64,000 nucleotides of DNA from the human T2T-CHM13v2.0 reference genome, Homo sapiens, in assembly GCF_009914755.1 (NCBI RefSeq), contig NC_060937.1. One strand, given 5' to 3'. Position numbers and translations under genes: made by a program. This document shows, one piece after another, positions 40,740-53,141 of this stretch; within the stretch, counting starts at the first letter, position 1, and the number at the start of each line of letters is the position of its first letter. The notes below the pieces were generated by a model, which saw only the letters and a program-made list of their open reading frames with translations, ran no database searches and had not been told where the DNA came from.

Positions 40740-41480
40740 GATAAACATGAATTCTCTTGAAAATGTGCTCAGGTAAAACAGCTCATTCTTTAGTGAGGCC
40801 AGCTGTATGGACAGGGCCCCATCATGAAGGCCATCGTATGCTGTGGTGAGGAGGTTATGTTATCTTGTTAGCCAGGAGGAGTTGTTGAAGAATTTTGAGC
40901 TTGGGAAATGAGGTGACCAGATCTTTTTTGGGGGGTGGAGGGTGGGGGGGGGTGGTATGGGGGGGAGTTTTTCAGAGAAAGGAAGAAGATAGTGAGGTCT
41001 AGAGCTCTGGAGGCCAATAAGGAGGTTTTGTAATATTCCAGGAGAGAGGGTGAGCTCTTGAGCTAAGGTAGTGGAGCGGGAACGTGGAGGAGGATGTAGA
41101 TTTATTTGGGTGTTGTTGGAACAGAACCTGATGACCAATTAGATGTGAGATAACAGAAGTATGATTCAGGCTGTTTTGGGCAACTGAGGAAATAGTAGTG
41201 AGATCTAAGATAGAGACGAAGATGGAGAGGCTGGGCCATGGTGGCTCATGCCTGTAATTCCAGCACTTGGGAAGCTGAGGCGGGTGGATCACTTGAGGTC
41301 AGAAGTTCGAGACTAGCTTGGCCAACATGATGAGACCCCATCTCTACTAAAAAAAAACGAAACAGGACACCGGGGAGAGGATGATGAATTTGGTCCTGGG
41401 GTACTGAGTCGGGTGAACCTGTGAAACATCTGGTTGGGATATAAGTGTAGGCTGGATCTAGAACACTGAATTCCCCCCCA
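40740..41480 (-). mobile_element. L2 remnant containing an Alu left arm
   Basis: 'ggaggagttgttgaagaattttgagc', 'ggaggccaataaggagg...taatattccaggagagaggg'. Confidence 0.55.
41229..41358 (+). mobile_element. Alu left monomer
   Basis: Left arm ending at the A-rich linker. No right arm. Confidence 0.85.
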
Positions 41481-42212
41481 GAAGAAATCATATTACTATT
41501 ACATATAATGTAATAGGTTTGGAAGGTAGTAGTTTATGGCTGGTTGATAATTTCATGTGCATGGACAAGAAGTTCCAGGAGAGCTAATACAGAACTGAAA
41601 AAGGAGGAATTTGTCAGAGGCCTGGGAAAATATTTAATAACTCAGGTCCTTGGATTAGCAATGTAAGTAAAATTCCCTATAGATCCAAGTTCCCTGGAAC
41701 CAATGAATTATCTCCCCTCACCCTTGCAAATGGTTATCTCAATTTCAATGGTTAACTGTCTTTCCCTATACCTTTTAACGTTTTACGTTATACCAAATGC
41801 TTTTTGTAAGTAAGTGAGGTATAAATTTTGAACTATAAGTAAAAATGTCCGTTTCTTGACTCTGGTAGTTTTTAGGGCTTTGTTTCTAAATTTTATGACT
41901 AGAAGTGGCTTATGCTGATTTCCTGTTATAATGATTTTTTATTTGTAAAAGTTTTAATACCCTCCATTTAGCTTACGCCTTAAAAGGTTATCAAACATGA
42001 TTTTTCTAAGAAGCAGATGCAAGCAACACTATGTAATAAATATCTTGGTTTTCCAGTTCCTTTCATATTTCCATTCCGGGGTTTTCAAAACTAACAAAAT
42101 TCAGCAAAACTTCTTCTTTATATGTATTTTTAATCCTAGTGTGATTATCACATTCATGATGCTGTTGACCAACAAAAATATTTTCCCACTGTATTTGCAT
42201 TACTTTAGGGTG

Positions 42213-42529
42213 CCCTCCCCTCCCTTCCCCTCCCCTTCTCTTCCCTTTCTTGACAGAGTCTTGCTCTGTCACCCAGGCTGGAGTGCAGTAGTGTGACCTC
42301 GGAACTGCAAACTCCGCCTCCTGGGTTCAAGTGATTCTCATGCCTCAGCCTCCCAAGTAGCTGGGATTACACGTGTGCACAACCACACCCAGCTAATTTT
42401 TGTATTTTTACTAGAGACAGGGTTTTGCCATGTTGTCCAGGCTGGTCTCAAACTCCTGACCTCAAGTGATCCACCCACCTCAGCCTCCCAAAGTGCTGGG
42501 ATTACAGGTGCAAGCCACTGTGCTGGGCC
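42213..42529 (-). mobile_element. AluS with pyrimidine (CCCTT-like) tail
   Basis: Antisense dimeric Alu. Confidence 0.9.
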
Positions 42530-42799
42530 TTTCGCTTTTCTTTCTATGTAGTTTTAGATACAGCTGATGGCCATTCTGTTGGTCTGAAGTCTCATAATTG
42601 TATGTAATAGTAATACAATTTCCTCTGGGGAGGAATTCAGTGTTTTAGATCTACAATGAAATGGGTCTTGATAATTACCCACTGAATTGTTAAAGGTGTA
42701 AAACCCCCACCCAGCTAAGGATGATGTGCTGGTCTGTCTGATGCAGAATCCAGTCCTGTGGCAGATGCTCCAGTAATGTGAAATTCCCAGGTCTTGAAT

Positions 42800-44408
42800 T
42801 CCCTGTGATGGTTAACATTGAGTATTATACCTGGTTGTTCACTTTGGAAGGAGAAATGGCCAGATGTGTAATTATATACCATTTCCTGGGCCGTGGCCAA
42901 TGGAAGGTCAAGGACTTGGAAGGAACACGATTGGAAAATTGGTGACAAGAAAGTCTGGGGAAGAGGTACATGGATAGACTTCTCTGAGTGGGCAAAAAAT
43001 TTGAAGATATATGTGTCCCCTGTGAATGTTCACCAAATGGTGACCTCAGTAGAGGAGGATTTTAACAACCAGTTGGGCAGAACGACCCATTCTGTGGATA
43101 CCAGCCAGCCTCTCCCCAGCTACTTATGTTATCACCCAAAGGGCTTACAAACAAAGTGGCCATGGTGGTAGAGATGGAGCTTAGGCATGAGCTCAGAAAC
43201 ATGGATTTCCACTCACCAAGACTGACCTGGCTACAGACACCACTGAGTGCCCTATCTGCCAGCAGCAGGGACTAATATTGAGTTGCACTCCTTGGGGTGA
43301 TCAGCCAGCTACCTGGGGGCAGATTGATCATATTGGACCCCTTCCATCATGGAAGGGGCTTTCTTTTGTTCTTACTGGAATAAACACTTATTCTGGGTAT
43401 GGATTTGTCTTCTCTGCATGCAATGCTGCTACCAGAACTACCATCCATGGACTCACGGAATGAATGCCTTACCCACCCACCGTCATACTATTCCACACAG
43501 CATTCTGACTGAGGAACTCACTTCACAGCAAATGAAGTACAGCAATGGGCCCCTGCTCATGGAATTCACTGGTCTTACCGTGTTCCCCACCATCCTAAAG
43601 TAATCGGCTTGAGACAACAGTGGGATGACCTTTTGAAGACTCGGTTGTAGCACCAGCTAGGTGGCAATACCTCACTCACATGGCTAGGGCAAGGTTCCCC
43701 AGAAGGCTGCATGTGCCTCGAGTCAGTGTCCTGTATATGGTGCGGTGTCTCCCAGCATGGACAGGTCCAGGAATCAAGGGGTGGAAATGGGAAATAGACC
43801 AATCACTATTACCTTTGGAAGCCTATTAGCAAAAAATGTGCCTCCTGTTTCTACAACCTTCTGGTCTGAATGACTCAAACCATTCAGGAATGACAATTTA
43901 GGTCACCCTTCCAGGTCAAACACTACGCCCAGCTGAGGAGCTTGCTGAGGGAAATGGTAATAGAGAATGGGCAGTGGAAGAAAGTAGCTATAAATACCAG
44001 CGACACCATGGGACCAGTACAGAAACAAGGACTGTCACTGTCATGAGTATTTCCTCCCTATTTTGTTATGAATATGTTTGCATATATATATTAGGCAAAT
44101 TATTTGTTTTTGTCCCTCTCTTATCACTTTAACACATAACATAATATTGTTAATAGTGTTGATTTTATACTATAGTATTGAAGTATTAACTTTTCATCAT
44201 AGTGTTTAAGTTATGGGCTATCAAGGAGAAGAGTAAACATCCCCAAGGACCTTGCATCCTCTTCTGGGAAAGAGTTGGTGTATTTTTGGGTGTATGCAGG
44301 ATAGCTCTATCATGTGAGGCTGAAGCATGACCTTGTTATTGTCTTTATTCGGAGGTTAAGCAAGGTTTAAGGAGATGGGCTGGATGCCAAGTTGACAAGG
44401 GGTGGGCT
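42800..44408 (+). mobile_element. ERVL (HERV-L) internal remnant: RNase H, integrase and 3' region
   Basis: Peptides WKEHDWKIGDKKVWGRG...VNVHQMVTSVEEDFNNQ (42893-43171) and PWGDQPATWGQIDHIGPLPSWKG..TGINTYSGYGF (43278-43463). PPT gacaaggggtgg. Stops and frameshifts throughout. Confidence 0.9.
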
Positions 44409-44780
44409 TGTGAGGGTTAATTTTAGGTGTCCACTTGTTGGGCCACCGTGCCAAGATATTTGGTCAGACGTTCTTCTGGATGTTTCTGTGAGGGTGTTTT
44501 TGGATGAGATTAACATTTAAATTGGTGGACTTTCAGTGAAGCAGATTTCCATGATTTGAGTAGGTCTCAGCAAGATAGAATTCTGCAGCAGTCTGCCTTC
44601 AAACTTAAACTGCAACACCAGCTCCTCACTGGGTCTCCAGCCTGCTGACCTGCTGTGAAGGCTTTGGACTCCCCAGCCTCCATAATAATCACGTGGACCA
44701 ATTCCTAAAAAATCAGTCTCCTTCTAATTCTGTCTCTTTCCCTATTGATTCTGTTTCTCTGAAGAATGCTGATTAACACA
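44409..44780 (+). mobile_element. MLT2 (MLT2D-like) 3' LTR
   Basis: 'tgtgagggttaattttaggtgtccacttg...ctggatgtttctgtgagggtgtttttggatgagattaacattt...ctctgaagaatgctgattaacaca' directly after the PPT. Confidence 0.88.
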
Positions 44781-44825
44781 TTTCCCTAAACTATCTCCTG
44801 GAGAATGTCACCTTATTTCATTTAA

Positions 44826-45179
<354 letters not shown>

Positions 45180-46998
45180 CAGACGCACCCTGATTTTTAG
45201 TGTACATAATTATGAGGAATTAGCTTAGTTCCATAAAATTTAAACAAGATTAGAATGATTAGGTGATTGAAACCTCAGCGCAAATGCTGTCTGCACTCAG
45301 CTTGAAGACAGGCATGTCTCTGAGACAGGGAACAATCCAGTTGTAATCCCTGGGCACAATTCACAGAAGAGAGTAATTGAATCAGTGTATCATGCTCATC
45401 ATCCACCCCAAGGGAAGCCTCAGCATCACAGTATCCAAAGGAACCCAAAGGTAAGAAAAGAAGGAAAAGCCGAAGTGACTGCGCCTTTCACAGCAAACAA
45501 GAACACCACATTCTGCAGCTGTATTAACTGTGGATACCATTTGTGTACATGCTTCCTGTAATCCCAAATAGCAGGTGCCAACCTGTTTTCTTGGGTTGGA
45601 AATATTAGCCCCTGAAGCCAGTTGTGTGTGGTCATGGTTATGAGCGTGATTTCTGCAGTTGGATGCACCACATCCATATTCAGTGCTGCAGGGATCACCA
45701 TCTATGCATGGAAGAGACTGGGTACCTGGTGGCACTTGGATAATAAGCACACATGCTATAGAGACAGCAGCAAGTGCATTTCAAAGCACTTTTGTATCTA
45801 TTATTTAAAAAGTGGTGGACTTGTTTGTTGCATATATGCTGAGGAATGTTTACATGTACATTTCAAACCCAGTTTTCTAATTGTGCAGTCTTAATTTCCT
45901 AGTTAATTTCACTTTACAGATAAGAAGCTCTGGAGACATGGCCTTTCCGGTTAAAGACACGGAGCCCAGGCACTGCCCACGGCTTCCTCCACACTCATGC
46001 TGCTTTCCCTTAGGTAAGACAAACCTCACCAAAGCTGAGACTGGCTCAAGAAACGGGGAAGCCTAATGCTTGTAAACATTCCCTTAATTGGAAGCATTAG
46101 GCACCAAAATTCTTCCTTAAAAATATGTAAGCCCCAAGAATGAAAGGGCCATGGTTAGCACAAACCGCACCTCCTGAGCCCAGCAAAACCCAACAGGCAC
46201 AGTGCAGCACAGCCTGGGCGGTCTCTCAGGTGAGTCTCTGCCTCGCTCTTGCCCTGTCTGTCACCTCATCTCTGCCAAGTCTGAAAATCCTGAGCTCCAG
46301 GGACTGTGGGAACTTCACTAGACATGTGTGAACAACTCTACATTCTGATCCGTAGCGTCTCCCTAATGATGCACATCTAGGAAGGAGAGGGAGGGAGAGG
46401 GAGCGTGTGCATTCCTTGGAGCAACGAGGACAGCCTAGTGATTTGCAAACTCTTTGCGGCCTCCTGGTGGGCTTCAGAATCAATTTGTGAGTCCCAACCA
46501 GAATTTTCTACATAATTAGAATAAAACAGAGTTAAGATATGAGTGCATCGTATGTTGCAAGATACTGTTTTGTAAACGTTGTTTCAGAAATTTGTGAGTG
46601 CACATGTGTGTGTGCAGTAATGGGTCACAAAATATATTTACTCTGGGTCATGTTTTAAGAGGGCTAGAAGGCAACACTAACATAGGATGGTTGGAAGATG
46701 GTCAGGCTCAGAACATCAGATTTTGCCTCCTTCCAGGGTACCACTTTTATCAAGTCACACATTCCTTCCCGCTCTGCTTTTGTGTTTCTCAATCGCTATC
46801 CAAATTTGCGCAGAAGTCAGGAATCACGTGGGTAAAGATTTAAGCTGTACTTCTGTGTTAATTAAGCACGTTGAAGAAGAGGTGCTCTGGGGGAACGTGG
46901 AGAAGGTGGGTAGCGAGGGCTCCAGGGGCTCAGAAGGTGGCCTCGAGGGGCTCTCATCTGCCATCCTTGTGAGGGAGAAAGTCCTAAACCAGTCGTAA

Positions 46999-47531
46999 CA
47001 TTGCCAGAACAAGGGGTCCCAATCCAGACCTCCAAAGAGGGTGCTTGGATCTCTCATGGGAAGGAATTCAAGGTGAGTCACAAAGTGCTGTGAGAAGAGA
47101 GAGTTTTTTGGAAGTTACGCAGATACAGAGTAGGGTGTCCTCAGAAAGCAAGAGGAGGAACTGCCTCGTCTTTAAGTTTTTCTTACATAGGAGTCCTCTC
47201 TATGTAAAGACAGAGCTAAGCTGTGTCTCTATGTGGGTGGGCTGACAGCGTGACAAAATTTATTATTCTGTTGATTTAAAGAAAACTATACTCAATATTT
47301 TAATGTGTAAGTACATCAAGTCATAATTATAATTATCTTGAAAGCATATATTGTTATGGGTATTGGGACCTCTGGACTTTTCGTTGTCATATGATTGTAT
47401 CCTTGCAGGTATCTTTAGGCTGTTTCTTCAACTGTAAATATCTTATGACTGTGGGTCGTGACCGGCAAGGAATGGAGTTGGTTTTTAAAATGGTGTCACC
47501 CTGGCTCTTCTATGCTCCTGTTTCCCTAACA
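46999..47531 (-). mobile_element. Solo ERV1 LTR, LTR26-like
   Basis: The minus strand starts tgttagggaaacaggagc...gagccagggtgacaccattttaaaa. GTAA TSD at 46995-46998 and 47532-47535. Confidence 0.8.
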
Positions 47532-47914
47532 GTAATAGCCCAGCCATTCTCTCCCATGTTCTCCTCTGCCCTCTACTTCAGAATGAAGTCAATTTTTATT
47601 TCAGCCAAAATAGGAGGATTCTATTCTGTCTGTTGAGGTCTGCTGTGGTCTAATGATGTTAATAACCAGTGGCTGGGCATGATTACACGACGAGGATTCT
47701 AAATCCTGTTTCATGTTTCCCTCTGGGCCCACTGGCTATATGACCCCTTAAATGTTTACCGTGATTGCAGGAGGCCCTGGCTAACATAGGGTCGTTAGTG
47801 TCAGAACTGAATTAAATTGTAGGACATGCAGGTGGTGACTGCAGAGAATTGGAGCATTGCTTGGAGTGAAAACCAAGCCCACATATTTGGTGTCAAAAGT
47901 GTTATACAAGTAGA

Positions 47915-48430
47915 AAAACAGGTTCTCTTTAATGGAATATTATTCAGCCGTATTAAGGAATGAGGTTCAGACCCATAGTACAGCACATATGAATCTCCAA
48001 AATATTGTGTTTAGTGAAATAATATAGACACAAAGGACAAATACTGTATAATTGCACTTACATGAGGTGCCTGGAATAGGCAAATCCATAGAGACAGGCA
48101 GTAGAATCATGGTTGCCAGGGGCTGGGCGGGAGGGAGAATGGAGAGTTAGTGCTTAATGGGTACAGAGTTTCTGTTTAGAGGTGATGAAAACAGTTTGGA
48201 AATAGTGGTGATGATTGTACTATATTGTGAATGTATGTAATGCCACTCACCGAACACTCTAAAGTGTTTGAAATAGCAAATTTCTATTATACGTATTTTA
48301 CCATAGTTTTTAAGTTAATTACCATAGTTTTTAAAAGTTAATAGGATAATATTCCCTGAACCACTATACACTTTAGATTGGTACACTGTGTGGCATGTGC
48401 ATTATATCTCAATGAAGTTGTTAAAAACAA
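47915..48430 (+). mobile_element. L1MB 3' end
   Basis: 'aatggaatattattcagcc...cacaaaggacaaatactgtat...ggttgccaggggctgg...ttaatgggtacagagtttc'. Confidence 0.85.
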
Positions 48431-48954
48431 GATTTAAAAGCAGAGATTGGGTAAAGTAAAGGTTTGCTCTGTGCTGAGCTGTGTGGCATGTGGACCTGTT
48501 TTCCCAGGAGGGAGCACTCCTGGGGTTTTGGCCGCAGCTGCACATCAGCCCCCTGTGCAGAGGAGGCATGGTGTGTGATCTGGAGATTAGCTGTTTCTAG
48601 TGCAGTATTTACATTTAAAGACATTGCTGAGTTAGGCAGAATTTTCTATATCCATTTGTATTTTGCTTGGCATTCACTTTCTTACAAAAATGGACAATCA
48701 AGACAAAGAAAACAAAAGGTCCAATTACTACTCTTCATTTCACCCCAAAGCAAAACAATATTAGTTTTCAATTTTTTTTTCCCATAGAAAGCAATAACAG
48801 TCCCATACTACCTCCTCTTCCATGAAAGCAGTGCTTGAGATGCCCCAAGGAAAAACCATTCTTTCCAAAGATGAAAGACTTTGTACCTGTCAGGTGAAGA
48901 GATGGAATAAATGCCACTCCTAGTGGGTGTGGGACTTGTGCAGCCCCTGGTCCC

Positions 48955-49491
<537 letters not shown>

Positions 49492-49849
49492 TGCAATGCT
49501 TTTGCTTTCCGTATACACGGAGGGGTTGCAGGCTTGACTCTAAAATGATTGACTTTATGGAGGACCGTCTCATGTCTGGATGGTAAGTGATAGGGGAGGG
49601 GGCAACCCTAAATGGGATCCCAATGACTTGATGAAAGACTGGAAGATGAGACACTTTCAGGTGTGCATAATGGAAGGCTTACGTAGGACTAGGACCAAGC
49701 CTCTCAATTATACTAAGTTGTCCATGATTGACCAGGGATTTGATGAAAATCCCACTGCCTTCCTAGAAAGGTTAAGAGAGGCCTTGGTAAAGCACACCTC
49801 TCTATCTCCTGATTCAGTCAAGGGACAGCTAATCCTAAAGGATGAATTT

Positions 49850-50144
49850 GGCTGGGCACGGTGGCTCATGAGTGTAATCCCAGCACTTTGGGAGGCTGAG
49901 GTGGGAGGATCACCTGAGGTCAAGAGTTTGAGAGCAGCCTTGTCAACGTGGTGAAACCCTGTCTCTACTAAAAATACAAAAAAAATTAGCTGGGTGTGGT
50001 GGCAGGTGCCTGTAATCTCAGCTACTCGGGAGGTGGAGGCAGGAGAATTGTTTGAATCTGGGAGGCAGAGGTTTGCGGGGAACCAAGATCGCACCATTGC
50101 ACTCCAACCTGGGCGACAAGCAAAACTCCATCTCAAAAAAATAA
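49850..50144 (+). mobile_element. AluS inserted in gag
   Basis: Dimeric Alu. TSD aaaggatgaattt / aagggataaattt. Confidence 0.92.
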
Positions 50145-50936
50145 AAGGGATAAATTTATTACTCAAGCTGCCCGATATCAGGAGGAAGTTGCAGAAAGGG
50201 GCCCCGGGTCCAGAAAGTACATTAGAGGACCTCCTGAAAATGGCCACCTTGGTCTTTTATGATTGAGACAGGGAGGCCTGGGAAAGAGAGAGGAGATACA
50301 GGTATTCCAGGGTGCACCTGTTAACTTCTAAAGATATGGCAAGAACAGTTCTCTCTCTTCTAAAGTTTATCTGCCCCCATACAAGGTTTAATTTCTTTCA
50401 CCAGGGTGAAACAGCTTGGAGTACAATGTTGTTGTTAGTATATTTCACTTATCTCTGTTGGCACTAAATTCTTTCCTTGTATAATACACATGTTTAACTT
50501 ATGCATACTTGACCTTATAAAACTTGTTTTTTTCTCTCATGCCTAGAAGCCATCAAACTCCAAATGGTCAGGCAACTGGAGCCTCAGATGATAGCTCCCC
50601 TTTGCTAGGAACCCTTAAATAGACCTCTGGGAGGACTCTGACTGCCATTTTCTCCAAAACAACACCCCTTGTCAGCAGGAAGCAGCAAGACTGGTCATCA
50701 ACCATATTCTAACGGCAGTATTCCTATGATTTAGCCAGTGGGCCGTGACCGGCAAGGAATGTGCCTTGTTAGTTTCAAGATGGAGTTGATTTTTAAAATG
50801 ATGTCACCCTGGCTCTTCTATGCTCCTGTTCCCCTAACAGTAATAGCCCAGCCATTCTCTGCCATGTTTTCCTCTGCCCCCAGCTTCCGAATGAAGTCAA
50901 TTTTTATTTCTTCAACGTACCTCTTCAGAGGGGAAA

Positions 50937-51718
50937 TTATACAGGAGGGAGGCAGGGAAGTGCTGGGTAGAGAAAGGTGGATCCCCAGCTAGGGTTCCAC
51001 CCCCACAGACCTAGGTGAGGAAAGGCACTTCTGGCTTCACACCCAAATGTTGCATTTTCGAAGACCAACCTGGCCTGCCATGCCCCCATTCTGGGCCTAT
51101 AAAAACCCACCACCCTAGCGGAGAGACACACAGGCGGCCAGACGTCAAGAACAGCACATCAGCGGTTGAAGACACAAAAGGGTGGACGACAAGAAGGCAT
51201 CACAAGAGAACGTCAAGGGAGCACGCCGATGGAAGAACCTGCTGGCAGGCTATCCACTGTTGGCATGAGGGGGAGTTTGGCTGTGGCAGTCAGAGAAGAG
51301 CCCGGCCGCATAGCGGCCCAATTCCAGGGGAAAACCATCTCTCTTTTGGCTCCCCCGGCAGAGAGCTACTTCTGCTCAATAAAACTTGGCTTTCATTCAC
51401 CAAGCCCAGGTGTGATCCGATTCTTCCGGTACACCAAAGCAAGAATCCCTCTGTCCTTGTGACAAGGTAGAGGGTCTAATTGAGCTGGTTAATACAAGCC
51501 ACCTATAGACAGCAAACTAAGAAAGCACCCTGTAACACAGGCCCACTGGGGCTTCAGGAGCTGTAAACATTCACCCCTAGACACTGCCGTGGGGTCGGAG
51601 CCCCCCAGCCTGCCTATCTGTATGCTCCCCTAGAGGTTTGTGCAGTGAGGCACTGAGGAAGCGAGCCATACTCCCATCCACGCCCTACAAAGGGGATAAG
51701 GGAATCTTTCCTGTTTCA
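50937..51718 (+). mobile_element. MER50-family LTR
   Basis: Starts (t)tatacaggagggaggcagggaagtgctgggtagag. TATAAAA at 51098, AATAAA at 51378. Ends ...ctgtttca. Confidence 0.85.
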
Positions 51719-52699
51719 TAAGTAGCAATCTCTGTGGTAACAGCCCCTGTGGTGATGCCGTCTCTCTCGGTTCTGCCTTCTCTATGCTCAGAGGCCCTGG
51801 TTGCTGATTGCATCTCATCCGAACACCTTGTTGGGGGCTGAAGCCCACTGTGCCCAGGTCTTCCTAGGCTGGGCCAGGCTGCGTTTTGACCTGACCTTGC
51901 CCTGCAAACCTCTCCAGCCTCAGCATAGACCCTCCGCTGCTCCTGCCCAGGCCTCGCCTATTCCCAGTAAGGCTGCCTGGAGCAAGTTGTTTCCAAACAT
52001 TGACCTGAGGTTGAGCAGGAGTTAAAACCAAACTCCTGCACCCCCGTGAATGCCCAGCCCTGGGACACTCACATTATTTAAGCAGCATTGCTGAGGATTT
52101 GGTTCAGCTCAGTACTCCCGGGGTGGGTTCTCAAAACACCAGACTGGGGCTGGACACAGCACAGCCTGGCCTGAGCACTGCCCTGTGGATCAAGGTCCAC
52201 TCTGACACTTTCTAGCTGCTGGTGGCTGTGTTTTTTTTCTCCCACCCTGGACCTGAGCTGTCTATTTAGAGGGGAATGTGTCCTTGTGCATGCCATCCCT
52301 TTCCCAGGCCCCGTTGTATGACCTTCCTGAAATGGTACTTAATCATTTTTTACAAGAAGGGTATATTCCTAATGTGTGCTGAAAGAGCCACTTTGCTAGA
52401 AATCAGAAATCAGAGCTGCCAGAAGTTGTTAGGTGTGGCTACTATTTGGTATGAAGCCCCCCCGCTCCCTGCTTAACCATAATTCCACTTTAACAGAAAT
52501 GTCTGATTTAAAGAACAGGAGCGTCAGAAACAGAAACTTGAAATGGGCCTGAATCCTGGCCCTTGCAACTTTCCATAAACCTCTTCAGATCTTCTGTGGG
52601 TGCTCTGTCCCCCAACAGAAGTTACTCTGCAATGTTAATTTATAGATCATCTAGCTGCCTCCTGACTCTTGGCAATTTCATTTTGATGAATGTCATTTA

Positions 52700-52960
52700 A
52701 AAACTCATTTATTCAACAAACGTGTGATGCTCTCCCGTACCAGGTACCTAGCTATGTACTCAGTATACCACGGCCAACAATACATACCTGCACCCTGCCC
52801 TTGAGAAACCATATCATCCACGTGCAGTAGGTCCAAAGGTTCATGGCAGGTACTAACAGAGTCCTCAGGTGGGGAGGAGCATGCAAAATGCCTTGAAATA
52901 ACTGCTGGAGAGAGTGACATCTAGGTTGTCATCTGAAGGCTGGGTGAGATTTTAATCACA
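52700..52960 (-). mobile_element. L2 3' fragment
   Basis: 'tcatttattcaacaaacg...cctgcccttgaga'. Confidence 0.5.
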
Positions 52961-53141
52961 AAATGACCTTCGACCTGACCCATTCCCCCAAACAGGAGTT
53001 TACTGAGCTCAACGTTCTTCATCTACCTGCATTTCCCTCTGAGACATGAGGCTTTTCTAAATAGTTCACTAAGTGAGAAAGCCAATAGAAGGAACTCAAA
53101 TTGGCTTACTCAGATTGGTTAATGAAAAATATTTGATTGTC

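Larger units (their letters stand above)
49588..51718 (+). mobile_element. Collapsed ERV1 provirus, MER50 LTR / HUERS-P3-like internal region
   Basis: TAAG TSD at 49584-49587 and 51719-51722. 17-bp 5' LTR stub. Gag capsid with MHR (QGFDENPTAFLERLREAL, ORF 49580-49954). Env tail AIKLQMVRQLEPQ at about 50548. PPT, then a full 3' LTR. Confidence 0.88.

Noticed and set aside
42893-43603. ERVL RNase H/integrase ORFs as a functional gene
   Set aside because: Fragmented by stops and frameshifts, and catalytic residues have decayed (e.g. GINTYSG where GIDTYSG is expected).
45382-45894. Three overlapping 90-122 aa ORFs in unique sequence
   Set aside because: No recognisable homology or coding-like composition, and lengths are within chance expectation.
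49580-50266. Gag capsid ORF as a domesticated gene
   Set aside because: Only ~80 codons are open before an Alu interrupts, there is a frameshift after it, and the matrix and promoter are deleted.
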